The translations under genes were made by a program, and so were the position numbers. The notes under the pieces are model-generated. The model saw only the letters and a program-made list of their open reading frames with translations, was not told the DNA's origin and did no database searches. This document shows, one piece after another, positions 11,505 to 22,480 of a stretch of DNA of 64,000 bases. Location: the NCBI GenBank assembly GCA_946965045.2, contig OX337228.1:2046001-2110000 (forward strand), read 5' to 3'. Numbering within the stretch: position 1 is the first letter of the stretch; each line of letters begins with the position of its first letter. This DNA is from Epithemia pelagica (taxonomy: Eukaryota; Protista; Bacillariophyta).

Positions 11505-12140
11505 ATGATGAAAAAGTTTCTTCACTTGATTCTTCTGCTGGCAATACTCTTCTCGGTTTCAACAACAACCATCGTGTGTGCCGAGGAGGCCGAAGAAGGA
11601 GAATGCGTTGCTGGAGAATGTTCCAGTCCCGAAGCGGAAGGAGAAGTTCCATCCGATCAGAATACCATTGAAGAAGACTCTGGTGTCACAGATTCGTCGG
11701 AAGAGGACGGTGCGGCGGTCCAGGATGACAAGGTCGAGGAGGCTCCCTCCGAACCGACCGACACGTCTCCCCAAACAGAGACGACCCCAGAGAATGACAG
11801 TAGTGACAGCCAAACAACAACCAGCACAAGTGACATTTCTAAGACCTGTCCAGATCGAGACCACTTGATGCGATGCGCAGCAGAATACCTGGATTCCAAC
11901 AAGAATGGAAAACTTGATCGGTCCGAATTGCAAGACGCCATTTCCGGGCTTCCATGGTATTCTCGCGTCTTTTTGAACATATTGGGCAGTGTCGACAAAA
12001 TGATGCAAAAATGTGATGTGGACAAGGACGATGCCATTAGTATCGACTATGATATGGAACACAACAAAGAGTCCTGTCTGGCAACCTGTTTCAAACGACG
12101 AGCCTTCAAAGCGGCCTTCTTTTCGGACTGTGACCTATAA
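11505..12140 (+). CDS. Secreted or ER EF-hand protein with acidic linker
   Basis: Hydrophobic signal peptide; EF-hand loops DSNKNGKLDRSEL and DVDKDDAISIDYD; Cys pairs. Confidence 0.7.
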   Translation: MMKKFLHLILLLAILFSVSTTTIVCAEEAEEGECVAGECSSPEAEGEVPSDQNTIEEDSGVTDSSEEDGAAVQDDKVEEAPSEPTDTSPQTETTPENDSSDSQTTTSTSDISKTCPDRDHLMRCAAEYLDSNKNGKLDRSELQDAISGLPWYSRVFLNILGSVDKMMQKCDVDKDDAISIDYDMEHNKESCLATCFKRRAFKAAFFSDCDL

Positions 12141-12203
12141 ATGAAATAATAGAGTAGTTTGGTTTGTATTTCCTCTATATTCATGTGGGCATCATACAGT
12201 ATG

Positions 12204-13877
12204 TTAGATTTCGGTAACCAGTTGTAAAATAGCCTGCTTGACGGGTCCCTTGATGGGGTCCTCGGCGGTTGCGGCGTACTGAATCAAGGATTGCAACAAG
12301 GTGGGAAAATGGACCATTTTGGGTACATTTTCCTCTTCGTCCGCCAAATGAACCAAGGCACGAACGGCGTAATCGCGTCGATTCGGAGCGGTCATGTTGA
12401 CACACAAGGCTTCAAAGAGTTTGGTCGAAGCCATGGCTCGTCGGTTCTTTTGTTCCAATGCCAGGTCGGCCAAAGCACAACAGGCATCTTCTCGCGCTAT
12501 ATTCGTATAGTGGTCCTCCAAAGCAATGGCAACCAAGGAATCCAAGAAAATGGGCCGTTCCATAAGCAACAATCGATTGCTGGCAATGGAAGCTTGCCCC
12601 TTGAGAGCACGCGCCACAACATTGGCACTGCTGGAGGATTGGCCACAGAGGGAAGCCAAGGCATCCATAACGGCACGCTGTTGAGGTAAGGGCCAGGACA
12701 ATCCAGCACAACGACCAAAGGCCTCGGCCGCCTCTTGGCGCACGTCTTGGCAACTGTCTTGAATGGCCGTCGAGGAAACGCGGTCCATGAGGGCATGACA
12801 GTGCACCAATAAACATCCCGATGATTTGTGAGAGGCCCATAGTCGAACCGTCCGTGCGGCTCGTTTCCGTGCTGTCTCATCCGGGCAACCATCCAACAGG
12901 TTTTCTATCAGAGAGGCGAACAGGCCATCACCGTGCATCAACAAGGCCCAGCAGGCTTCCCCGTCCATGGAAAGAGAAAGAAGCGTACTTAAAATGTTGC
13001 GAATCGTAACGAATCGACCACTGCTATTCTCCTGAAGCTGATTCCACGCCAGGAAATGAAGGGCGTTCAAGACACTTGGATTGTCCGCAAGCCGCCTTCG
13101 GTTTTCTTGAATCACCGCAAGGTTCCGCCATATAGCCGACATGCGCTCTGTTTGTTTGGGTTCTTGACCGTGAGCACAAGAGGAATGGACAAGAGACGAC
13201 ATAATGTCGGGAGTTTCGGACAAGAAATCCCAGGCATTTTCTACAAAGTAGGTGGTATTTTTTAGAATTCCAAGCACATTGCCCATGTTGCCATTGTGCT
13301 GCGAGACCGACTGCTTGAAGAAATCTCCCAGACAAGCCAGAAATTGGCGATTCCTCAATAGCATTTCCGATCCCGCCGCGGATGCAGAGGCCACATACCA
13401 AACGGACACCACAGAATATCGGGCGCCGGCACTCCAGTGGAAGGCTCGAACAAGGAGACCCATGGACTCGTGGTCGATCGAAACACCTTGTTGTTGTGCT
13501 TCTGGAGGACAAGTTGTCAAAAGCAAGTTCGCAACGTTGCAAATCTCATCAACTTCCTGAAACGATGTTCCATGACGGTTGAGGGCAAATCGTAGTTGCA
13601 ACAGTAATCCATCCCAAGCTCCACCTTCTACAAGCCATCGAGCAAGGGAAATGTCTGCGGCCACCAATTCCTTGATGTGGTGAAGAACTGTGAATCTTTG
13701 CTTTGTTCCAAGAGCCTGGTGCATTTCTGATACTACCTGATGAACTTTTGGTGGTGGAACGTGAATTTCTCTTGGACGGCGTCTCGTATTTCCATGGTGA
13801 TGCGGCATTGTTCCGATATTATCCGATGGAGAACGTGGTGGTTGGTCGGGAAGATGTGGTTGACCTGGAATAACCAT
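12204..13877 (-). CDS. Armadillo/HEAT-repeat protein
   Basis: 557-aa ORF with repeated helical units (AIWRNLA, CALADLA, AVRALVHLA). Confidence 0.7.
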   Translation of the reverse strand: MVIPGQPHLPDQPPRSPSDNIGTMPHHHGNTRRRPREIHVPPPKVHQVVSEMHQALGTKQRFTVLHHIKELVAADISLARWLVEGGAWDGLLLQLRFALNRHGTSFQEVDEICNVANLLLTTCPPEAQQQGVSIDHESMGLLVRAFHWSAGARYSVVSVWYVASASAAGSEMLLRNRQFLACLGDFFKQSVSQHNGNMGNVLGILKNTTYFVENAWDFLSETPDIMSSLVHSSCAHGQEPKQTERMSAIWRNLAVIQENRRRLADNPSVLNALHFLAWNQLQENSSGRFVTIRNILSTLLSLSMDGEACWALLMHGDGLFASLIENLLDGCPDETARKRAARTVRLWASHKSSGCLLVHCHALMDRVSSTAIQDSCQDVRQEAAEAFGRCAGLSWPLPQQRAVMDALASLCGQSSSSANVVARALKGQASIASNRLLLMERPIFLDSLVAIALEDHYTNIAREDACCALADLALEQKNRRAMASTKLFEALCVNMTAPNRRDYAVRALVHLADEEENVPKMVHFPTLLQSLIQYAATAEDPIKGPVKQAILQLVTEI

Positions 13878-14439
13878 GACAAAATCTTCATTTCTCGTAA
13901 AATATAACTTGCTTTGATGCTTTGACTGCTGATTTTATCAACATGCGTGTGGTTACACCCTGTGATTGCGATGCTCTGTCCCCATACCTCTCAACGTTGC
14001 TTTATTCAAACAGAATGATCATCGTGTATTGTTTGGTCACAAAATTTGTCCCGAACCAAAAACAAGTGAATGTCACTGTGACCATAAAATAAGCTAAATG
14101 GTTCAAAAGTGTACGCCAGCCCATCCACATATTATAGCGTGGGGGATTTTGGGGGACTCGTCGTCTTCGTTCTGAGCCTATGGGTAGCATGCCTAGCTAC
14201 CGTCGTAGGTACTCCTAGTCCTAGAGTAAATTCAAACACAACCTAAATGGGACAACCTATCTGAATATTCGTATCGAGGGTACCAAGTATTCACTCCAAT
14301 CTCCAATGAAATAAGAATAGAAATGAGATACTCCTATGAGCTTTAATCGAAGTCCCTCCATTCCACGTACGAGACTGATCCTTGCCGTTCGTGACCAACC
14401 TCAAACATCAAATGTCGAGCCCTCCTTTAACTTCGCTTC

Positions 14440-17400
14440 TCAGTCTTTTTCCGCACATGGAGAGTCTGGAGCTGGAACACGTAACGAGAATCGAAGGTTC
14501 GAAGCCGCACCTTCGGGCACAGTAAGTCGAATTCTTTTTATTTTTCCTCCTGCCTGAATCTCGGTGAGAAAAGACTCACCGGCCGTCAGGCCATTGGGGA
14601 TTCGAGCACTAAACTGTTGGACAACAGTAAATGATCCGTCAGGTTCTTTGCGTTTACCGCCAAGTCGGTGTGCGTCATTGCCGGCAGGAGCTTTCTTTTT
14701 CTTAGTTATTTTCTTAGAAGAAAAGAAGGAACTCGATAATGATGGAAATAGCGCACCGCAGCTCGTCAGCGCGGCGCTCAGCAGATCAGCACCTTGACTA
14801 TCCATACTCCAGTTGTTCGAGGAGACGATAGTCTTCTTAGAATCGGATGCCGATGCAATCGAATGAATAGCAACCAAAGCATCAACAACTTCCTTTATTC
14901 CCTCAGACTCCCTGATACGGCGCTTAGCAAGCACCGCCGACGGATCACAGTTGAGACGCAAGAAGCATGAGTAGGCCAACTTCAACTGGTTTCCGAGGGA
15001 CTTGGACTCCGGAGAAGCGTTTGACGCCATAACTTGTTGTTGGATTACGGATGCAAGAGCAGCATTCGCTTCTCTCTTCACTGTTGTCAGAAAGAACAGA
15101 CAAGACAGAGACCGTGGAATGAGAACCAGAGTATCCGACGTATGAGTGGAATTCTCACTGCCACCAGTAACTGCGCTGGCGACAAAACATGAGGGCAAAT
15201 CGCGCTTGCAGGAGGCTGTCCAACGCAGGAAATTTTCCAGGTCATCCCTCTTATTACACATTTTCAAGCAGGAAACGAACGCTGACACATATTTTCCACG
15301 AAGTGCATCGTATTTCCGAGCCTCCATGTTGATTCGTTGAAATGCAAAGTCAGATCCGATCGAAGAGCTCGTGACCCATACCGCACATAGCTGAGCCCGT
15401 TTCTTGTCAAACAAAGCGCGCATGACAGTTGATGCACTCTCCACGGCACTTTCTGAGTTCAATCCTCTTAGATTCAGGGCCTTAACCGCTGACACTGTCC
15501 CGAAACTGCCCTCTTTCTTCGCCGTCTCAGGGTCACAAATCACCGGAGCCCACATAAGAGCTTGGGCATGACGGTAAACGGAACGATGAAAACACGAATG
15601 TCGGCTTCGACAATGGACCAAAGCATTAACAATATCCACAACCACTTTCCATACTCGATCTCGTGTTGACTTTAACTCTTGGTCCTTCTCCTCGTTTTCT
15701 GCGTATGCATACGGTTCCGTTAGACGTAGGCCTTCCAACTCCGCAGCTTCACGCTCATCGTCGCAGTGCTGAAGGGCGAAGAGTACACATTTCAACCGGC
15801 TTGCATGAAGCCTGTATAGAACCTCAATCTGTCCATGAGCACTTCCTCCTTGCTGTTCCACGACCAGAGATCCATCTTCTTCCAGACTTTGTGCCTGTGA
15901 AAGTGACTTTGAGTAGGACGCCAAGGCTGAACTCATGCTTTGTTCGTACTTGCGAGAATCTGGGGACGAAAAATCTTCCCCTTTGTATGTCCCTGCGATT
16001 TTTTCGTGGCACTATCGACGTCGTTGATGAGAAGTCAAAAAACAATTTTTACTCGGTAAGAAAGACAAACTCACCTTGCCAATCATGAAATGGAGATCCC
16101 ATGTCATCCTCTCATCTGTGTCACTCCCGTCTTTAATGTCTGGACAGTCGTCAACTTCATCTTCACGCAAAGCCCGAGTAAAACATGCAAGTGCCATCTC
16201 AGCTGTTTTTCGTTTTAGGTGATTTGTCATCACTTGCAGTGGATAACCATAGAGCTGAGATCCTACAAGTCCAGTGTAGTAAGCCGTCCCGAGTGCCTCG
16301 CATATCTCAGCAGCCAACGCACTCCGTCGAACAGAATCGAAAGAACCCATGCTTTTATGTAGAATCAACAATGCAAAGCACATACTTCGCTCAGCAAGGA
16401 TTCGAAGTGATGAAACAAAAAGTCCGCCCCATGCCTGTTGCCATGCGACCAAATCGCAATTATTGTACAGCCCAGAAACTTTTTCCAGAATCTTTATGTC
16501 CCGTTGCGGATTTCCTGCATCCCGGCTCTTCTCTCCAATGAAGTTTTGAAGTGCCTTGAGTGATTCAAACGACGACCAACTATGCGTCAAGTAGACATGA
16601 AGGTCAGCTCCCAAAGACGATACCCAAGTTTCTTCGGTGGAAACATTTTCCGTTTCTTGAAGGTCTATGAGATCGGAGATGGGAAGACCATCCTTTCGAA
16701 AGCCTTGGCCACTTTCACAAACGAAATCTTTAGACCGGGAGAACCCCGTGCTCATTCCCAGACGGTCTTTCGGTAAAGAACAAAGTAAGAGTTTCGGAGA
16801 AAATGTGACAGCAACAAGGATTCAAAGTCGTACCTGCGATAATATCAGCTTTAAATAGGCATAGTTGAGAGAACCGATACCAACTTTCACAATCCGTCCC
16901 ATGGCTATGAGTCAACTTGTACAAAATCGCCTCAAATCTATTAGAAAGCTCAGATTCCAACTGCATGGTCTGCAAGCGGGTGTCTTTATCAGCGACGTTT
17001 TCTAGAGAGGGCATCGTTCCTTGTGAGAAGAGGTCAGCCAATCCACGTCTCACAACATCACACTCGTTCTCTTCGAACACTGCTTGTGGGTGATCCGTGG
17101 TATCCAACAGGTCTTGTAATGCAAAGAAAGGAACTTCCCAACTGTTGGACTGGTTGACGAGTGCTTTGATATTTGATGGTGTGAACAGCGATGAAGACAA
17201 GTCCGTAAAAAGAAAATTCTTCAAAGCTTCACTCCGTTTGGTTTCATTTACAATTGGAAGACCTGACGTTATTGTCAGCAAAGCCACCTTGGGAGGCATC
17301 TTCCGGCCGTGCGAGCACGTTCTCATAACACAGCGATACAACTGAGTTGTGGCCAAAGTGCTTTCGGGTTTCGTTATACGCCTTGGCTCGTCCGCCGGAA

Positions 17401-20400
17401 CAGCTCCAACTGATTCTCTGCCTTCAATATGGACCAGGTTGAAACCATAAACTGCCTTGAAAACGCGGTGTAGCAACTTGTCAATGTGTGATCCTATTGA
17501 TCTTGTACCAAAACTGTAATCACCCCAAAGGGACTCCTTCTTCTCCGGATCAGCGGGGTTTGACAATAAAGCATCTGCATAGAAATTTAGCACCCTTTGA
17601 AGTACCAAAGGCAGTGACGACATGGTCGTTCTCGGGACCGATCCCTCTTTTACTTCATGGACCAGTTCGTCGTCCCCGATTTGATCAGACACTATGCGAA
17701 TACATTGAACGGCCAAGAATACCACCCGCAAGAACTCCTCATACACTGAATCTTGGTCCAAAAGAGCATTTGCCACACTCGTGTCAGGGTCCACGACGTC
17801 CAGAAGAGAAAATTCAAATTCTGGCACGTCGGAATCTGTCAAACCTTTCGAAACATCCGATTCCTGAGAAATTGCTTGATTTAGCCTTGTCGATACCGCC
17901 GAGCCACATAATGATACGATCGCGGTAGCCACAGGTATTTTCAAGTTTTGTCTGACCAACTGAAACTCGGGATGTGTTTTACTTTGACCTTCAACTTGCT
18001 GAGAAGAAATCTCCCAGAGCCATATTAGGCTCCGGCATAAGGGACCAATGAAGAAAGTCGATTCTCCCAAGACGCCTGATCGTGAGATTTTGCGCTCGGA
18101 GATTACACATGTATTTTGAGAAAGCAGATGCCCAATTTCCACGCAACATCGTGACAAAAAGTGAGCACTGCCGACTACCAACAGTTTGCGTCGTTCGTTA
18201 GGAGACTTCTCGCATTTTCCAGAGACAGTTTGTAAGACTTTTCTGTGAGTCACTACTGCAGCAGCTAGATGCTTCACGTGAAGCTGTTTCCGTAGATAAG
18301 AGTTTCCCTGCTCCCTCTTCTCGAGTGCCTCCATAAGAATACTCGTTGCACAAAGGACAAGAGTATCCTCCGTTGGATCAAACTCCTGAAATGGCTGAAT
18401 ATCTGGCTCTCTTTTTTCTATCACGAATGAAAATGCGTCTTCAACCAGCGCGTGACATTGCGTTTCTTTGATCTCGGCCCCGTGTTTACCGATCAAACGG
18501 CTGAGCGAGATCACTGCCAGGGCTACCAGACGGCTGTATATTTTAAGGGGGAAGCTACCTTTCTCTTCAACTGATTGGCCATTATACTGTATCCCGCTGT
18601 CCAAAGATGAGTCGTCGTCACTCATGGCACTTTGACCGTTGGCATCAGGATCGTATGCGGGAAATGATACAAGGACCTCTTCCCGTAGGGTTTTCAAGGC
18701 AGAAACCAGACCAATAAGAAGATTTGCAAATTTGGTAGAACCTTCGGGACTGTGCGACAGGCAAACGGCCAAGATTGTCAAAATAGAGGGATTCACCAAA
18801 CTAGACAGCTGTTCCCCAGCGATTGGTGTCACGGGAACGATTGATTCAAACCAGCTCACAATCTCGTCCGTAGAACTGGATACCCGGAACGTCGAGATGT
18901 TTTGTCCATGTCTTAAGAAAAAATCTTCGATAAGTTCCATGTGATTAGCCACAAAACTTTCATTCGTACTTTCATAACGTTCCCGCAATGTTGCACCAAT
19001 TGATATAAACATTTCTCGAAATCCGACTACCGAGTCACCTTGCTGGGTATTGTCCAACTTCGAAATGGCTTCGACAAACTGATCTTGCGCAACAAGAACA
19101 ACTGATGAAGCTTGAGTTTCATTCTTGTACGCAGCTAGCGTTGTCTTCGATAGCTTTTTCCAGTATGGACCCGTCCTTCCCACTCCTTCTAGGTGTGGGG
19201 TTCGGAGTTCCGCGATGCCACATTCCTGCATAAGTTCAAGAATCTTCTCGACGTAGCGAAGACATTCGTTCTCAATATCGCGTACGTCTGTAGCATTCTG
19301 GACAACACGTGCGTACCAGAGGAGGCATGAACTAAAAAGCCAGTAACACCTGATCTTCAAACAGGACCAGACACCCTGTGTTGAATGTTCAGATTCGAAC
19401 TCTTCAACGAACGCAAGCAAGCACGGCATCGCCAAAAGGATAGAATTGATATCGCCATCGAAACTTGTGTCCAGATTTTCGTCTCGCTCACACTGTTTAA
19501 ATCGGAACTCAGCATGAAGCAGATCGACAGCAAATAGTTCCAAAGGTGAAACCCCGACATTACGCGACGATTCTGCACACCAACATGGAACCGCATCGTT
19601 GAACCCTATTCTGCGGGTGAGCAACTCCAGAGCATCCATGACACATGATGAAAGAACCAAGGAACCATGGCTCTCACACGCATAGACGTCGTCCACGTGC
19701 ATAGATACATGCGAGAGAAAACGGAATAGCGCCACTGCCGGTGTCGGTGAGCTCTCTGACAGAGAACAAATAAAAGCAGTGAGAGAGGCCGATCCACCCT
19801 GCTCTTTTGTATCCGTGCGAGAGACATCTACCCCACTATGAGAAGTGACTCGGTGCGAGGCAGAACTGTTGTCTTGCTTCAATTGTGGCGATACACCATC
19901 TGGTTTAACCCCTGAATTCACGGCCTCATCAAGTGGCGGGCCAAGCGTTGCGCCAAGAAGACAAAAACTAACAGAACTTCTGCGAGCACTTCGTTCCGCC
20001 TTCTTACCCGATGTCTCAACCCTTGTTTTGAGTCTTTTGGACACTCGGCTAGCCTGGGCTGATTTATCCTCTTTTCCGTCTGAAGGAGCACATGGGATAT
20101 CAGCATCCTCTTTATCACCGACATCTTCGGATCCATTCATGTTCTTGTGTTCTTCCACCTGTGTTTCGTTCGAAATAACAAGCTTCGTCCCGACGAAACT
20201 GCTGGCATTGGTTGAAGCTCTGGTCATATGGCGGTGTGCAAGAGCGACAGAGAGGGCACGGCATGTGCACTGAATATGAACGCGAGAAGCTTCGTCGAGA
20301 TATTCAACGACTTTTCCCAAAAGAAGAGACGGCAACGCCAAAAGGGGTGAGATGTGCAGTGTCAATATAGGATTGACGTTGATCTTGACAGATGGAATGG

Positions 20401-21451
20401 CAAGCAGACCACGATGATGACTAGGAGTATCTGGAAGGTAAGAGTGAAAGTTCGTCCCCTCACGGAAAGCTCGAGCAAGGTGTCGACCCATAACAGCCCA
20501 TGAATAACGCGGAAGGGAAACCTGTAGCACATCCTGTTCAGATCTTGCCCGATATTCAACACAGTTCGAATCGATACTGCAATCGGGGCCGTGCGTTTTC
20601 TCCCATTCCAGTAATGCATTGGCAATTATTCCGACAGGCGGCCGGTGTGTTGACACCCAGCAGACGTGAGCACATTCCAGAGCATGCCTCTCCATACGTC
20701 GAAGGCGGCGTGGTGTCTTGTAACCCTCCAGAATGTTATCAAGACGTCGGCTACAAGCTGCCAGTTTGAACCAGGTAGTTGGATCAGAACCGTCCACGTA
20801 TACAGCATCAATATAGCTTGCTAGGGCCAGGCGAACAGTATCCTCATGTGGCTCTGTTGTGCCCACAGAGTCCATCTCGGTGGCAGCCCCTCGCAACCAA
20901 CAAGAGTGCGTATCACCATCTGTAACTTCTAGCAGAGGTTTAATGGCACCTCTATCGAGTATGGTTGCTTTGGAGCCCCCGTCACTACAACCCGAAAGCA
21001 GCAAATCGGCGTAGTTCAGAAGGGACAGATACGAAAGTTTCTGTACCGTAGATCTATGCCCCGTCGACGTTAACACTGGCGCAGATTGAGCGCTCACAGT
21101 TTTGGGCATCCATGAATACACGCTTCGTCGTGCATCATCCGTTTCGTCGTTGGCCCATTGGTCCCATATACTAACAAGACCTGGTGCATTTGACAGAACC
21201 AATGGATCGATCAAGATCGACTGTTCAAGTGTCGTCCTGGCTGTTCTGGCAACTTTGACAACGGCAGATCTCACGCTTTCTTGGGACTGGGCTTCGTGGG
21301 ATGCCATGTGACATGCTCCAACGCAGTCCATTGCCGCGACATATGACTTTGACAACCTGTTGAGGGCTGCCTCAACAGTTTCTGCCGATCTTCGCTGCGG
21401 ATACGAAGTAGGTCGCTTTCGACGACTAACATTAGCACCTTGCCAACTCAT
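14440..21451 (-). CDS. CABIN1: CABIN1/Hir3-like TPR protein (HIRA complex); exons 21451-16834, 16766-16075, 16011-14440
   Basis: Three ORFs are joined by 67-nt and 63-nt GT-AG introns (IIA-DRLGM; MIGK-CHEKI). TPR-like DPTTWFKLA, plus YRLHASRLK and FHRSVYRHAQAL, match recalled CABIN1 C-terminal motifs. About 2300 aa. Confidence 0.72.
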
Positions 21452-21547
21452 CGATGCTCAGAGAAAGCGAATTGGCCCACCAGTCTCTGAGTCTCTTTCA
21501 AGCACTTTGCCGCTAACCAACTCATCGATGCTCAGAGAAAGTGAATT
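21443..21547. repeat. 31-bp direct repeat (21443-21473 and 21517-21547, 1 mismatch) containing the predicted CABIN1 start codon
   Basis: ccaactcatcgatgctcagagaaag(c/t)gaatt occurs twice, 74 bp apart. Confidence 0.9.
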
Positions 21548-21774
21548 CAACCATTATCCCCAAAATTGTTGTTGGACCCCGACCCAATATAATCTTTGCG
21601 GGAGGTGTCACGGAGACAATCACTGACCACATCAGCACTGTCTTAGGGAGCAATAACTGGAGGAAAACGGTTAATCCCAAAATCCCAAAATCCTATTTTT
21701 TACCGATCAAAAATCACCAAATTGTATGACGCTCAGACAAATTATGCCTCTAGTGCCTCGTATTGTAGCTGGAG

Positions 21775-22000
21775 GTGCCCAGGACGCCTAGTTTGTGCCC
21801 CTTTGGCACAAACTTTAGCTACATGTAACTTCATCAAAAATGGTCGTATGACCACATGCTGGTGCTCAATCTTGAGCCCAAAAGGGTCTTCTTTCGAGCG
21901 CCAACCACCCCCCGGCCCCAATCCTAGTGGGTATGGATCTAGAAATCGATTTCCGAGAACCATTTTTGTCGCTTGGCACAGTTTGGCACAGTTTGGCACA
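21775..22000 (+). repeat. Left terminal inverted repeat (226 bp) ending in tandem ttggcacagt 10-mers (4 copies, to 22010)
   Basis: Reverse complement of 28262-28487 with 2 mismatches by manual alignment. Contains the internal hairpin tttgtgcc-cctt-tggcacaaa. Confidence 0.95.
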
Positions 22001-22480
22001 GTTTGGCACAGTTGGGATCATCTCTTGACTAGCTTATTTCTACTCGACGGATCATGTCTGTTGGTAGTTGGGAACTTCGTAAGACTGGAAGGATGAGGTT
22101 CCCACGATCCATGATGCCGTTGATGTCCGTTGGCCATGAAATACGGTACGTTGTTGCACTCGTGACGTTATTTGCGCGCACATCGGCCTTTTTTCGGCGC
22201 ATGGGGGAAACTCGGAAGCAGAAGATTTTTGGATGACACATACAGAAGCACACAAGAAAGCCGACAACCAACAAGCAATGTTTGAATGATCCATTCCCTA
22301 TAGGGACCAAGGGGATTCGAAAACGACGTTCCCGGGGAAAGGACGATGCTGAAGTATGGCGAACGACAACACAGAGGATGCCACAATAAACCAGAGAGCA
22401 AGATTGAAATCGTTCAAGTTTGTTGTTCAGAGTTTGAAGAGAGCAAGAGCGAGAGAAAAGAGAGAGAAGAGTCATCCATC

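Noticed and set aside
21671-21674. TTAA as the piggyBac target duplication
   Set aside because: No TTAA at the equivalent position on the right side; it lies inside the degenerate outer IR.
21972-22012. Tandem ttggcacagt repeats as a CRISPR-like array
   Set aside because: 10-bp head-to-tail units with no spacers, mirrored in the right TIR; eukaryotic context and no cas genes.
21722-22096. ORFs in the TIRs (mirrored at 28205-28520)
   Set aside because: Identical translations arise only because the TIR is duplicated; no coding features.
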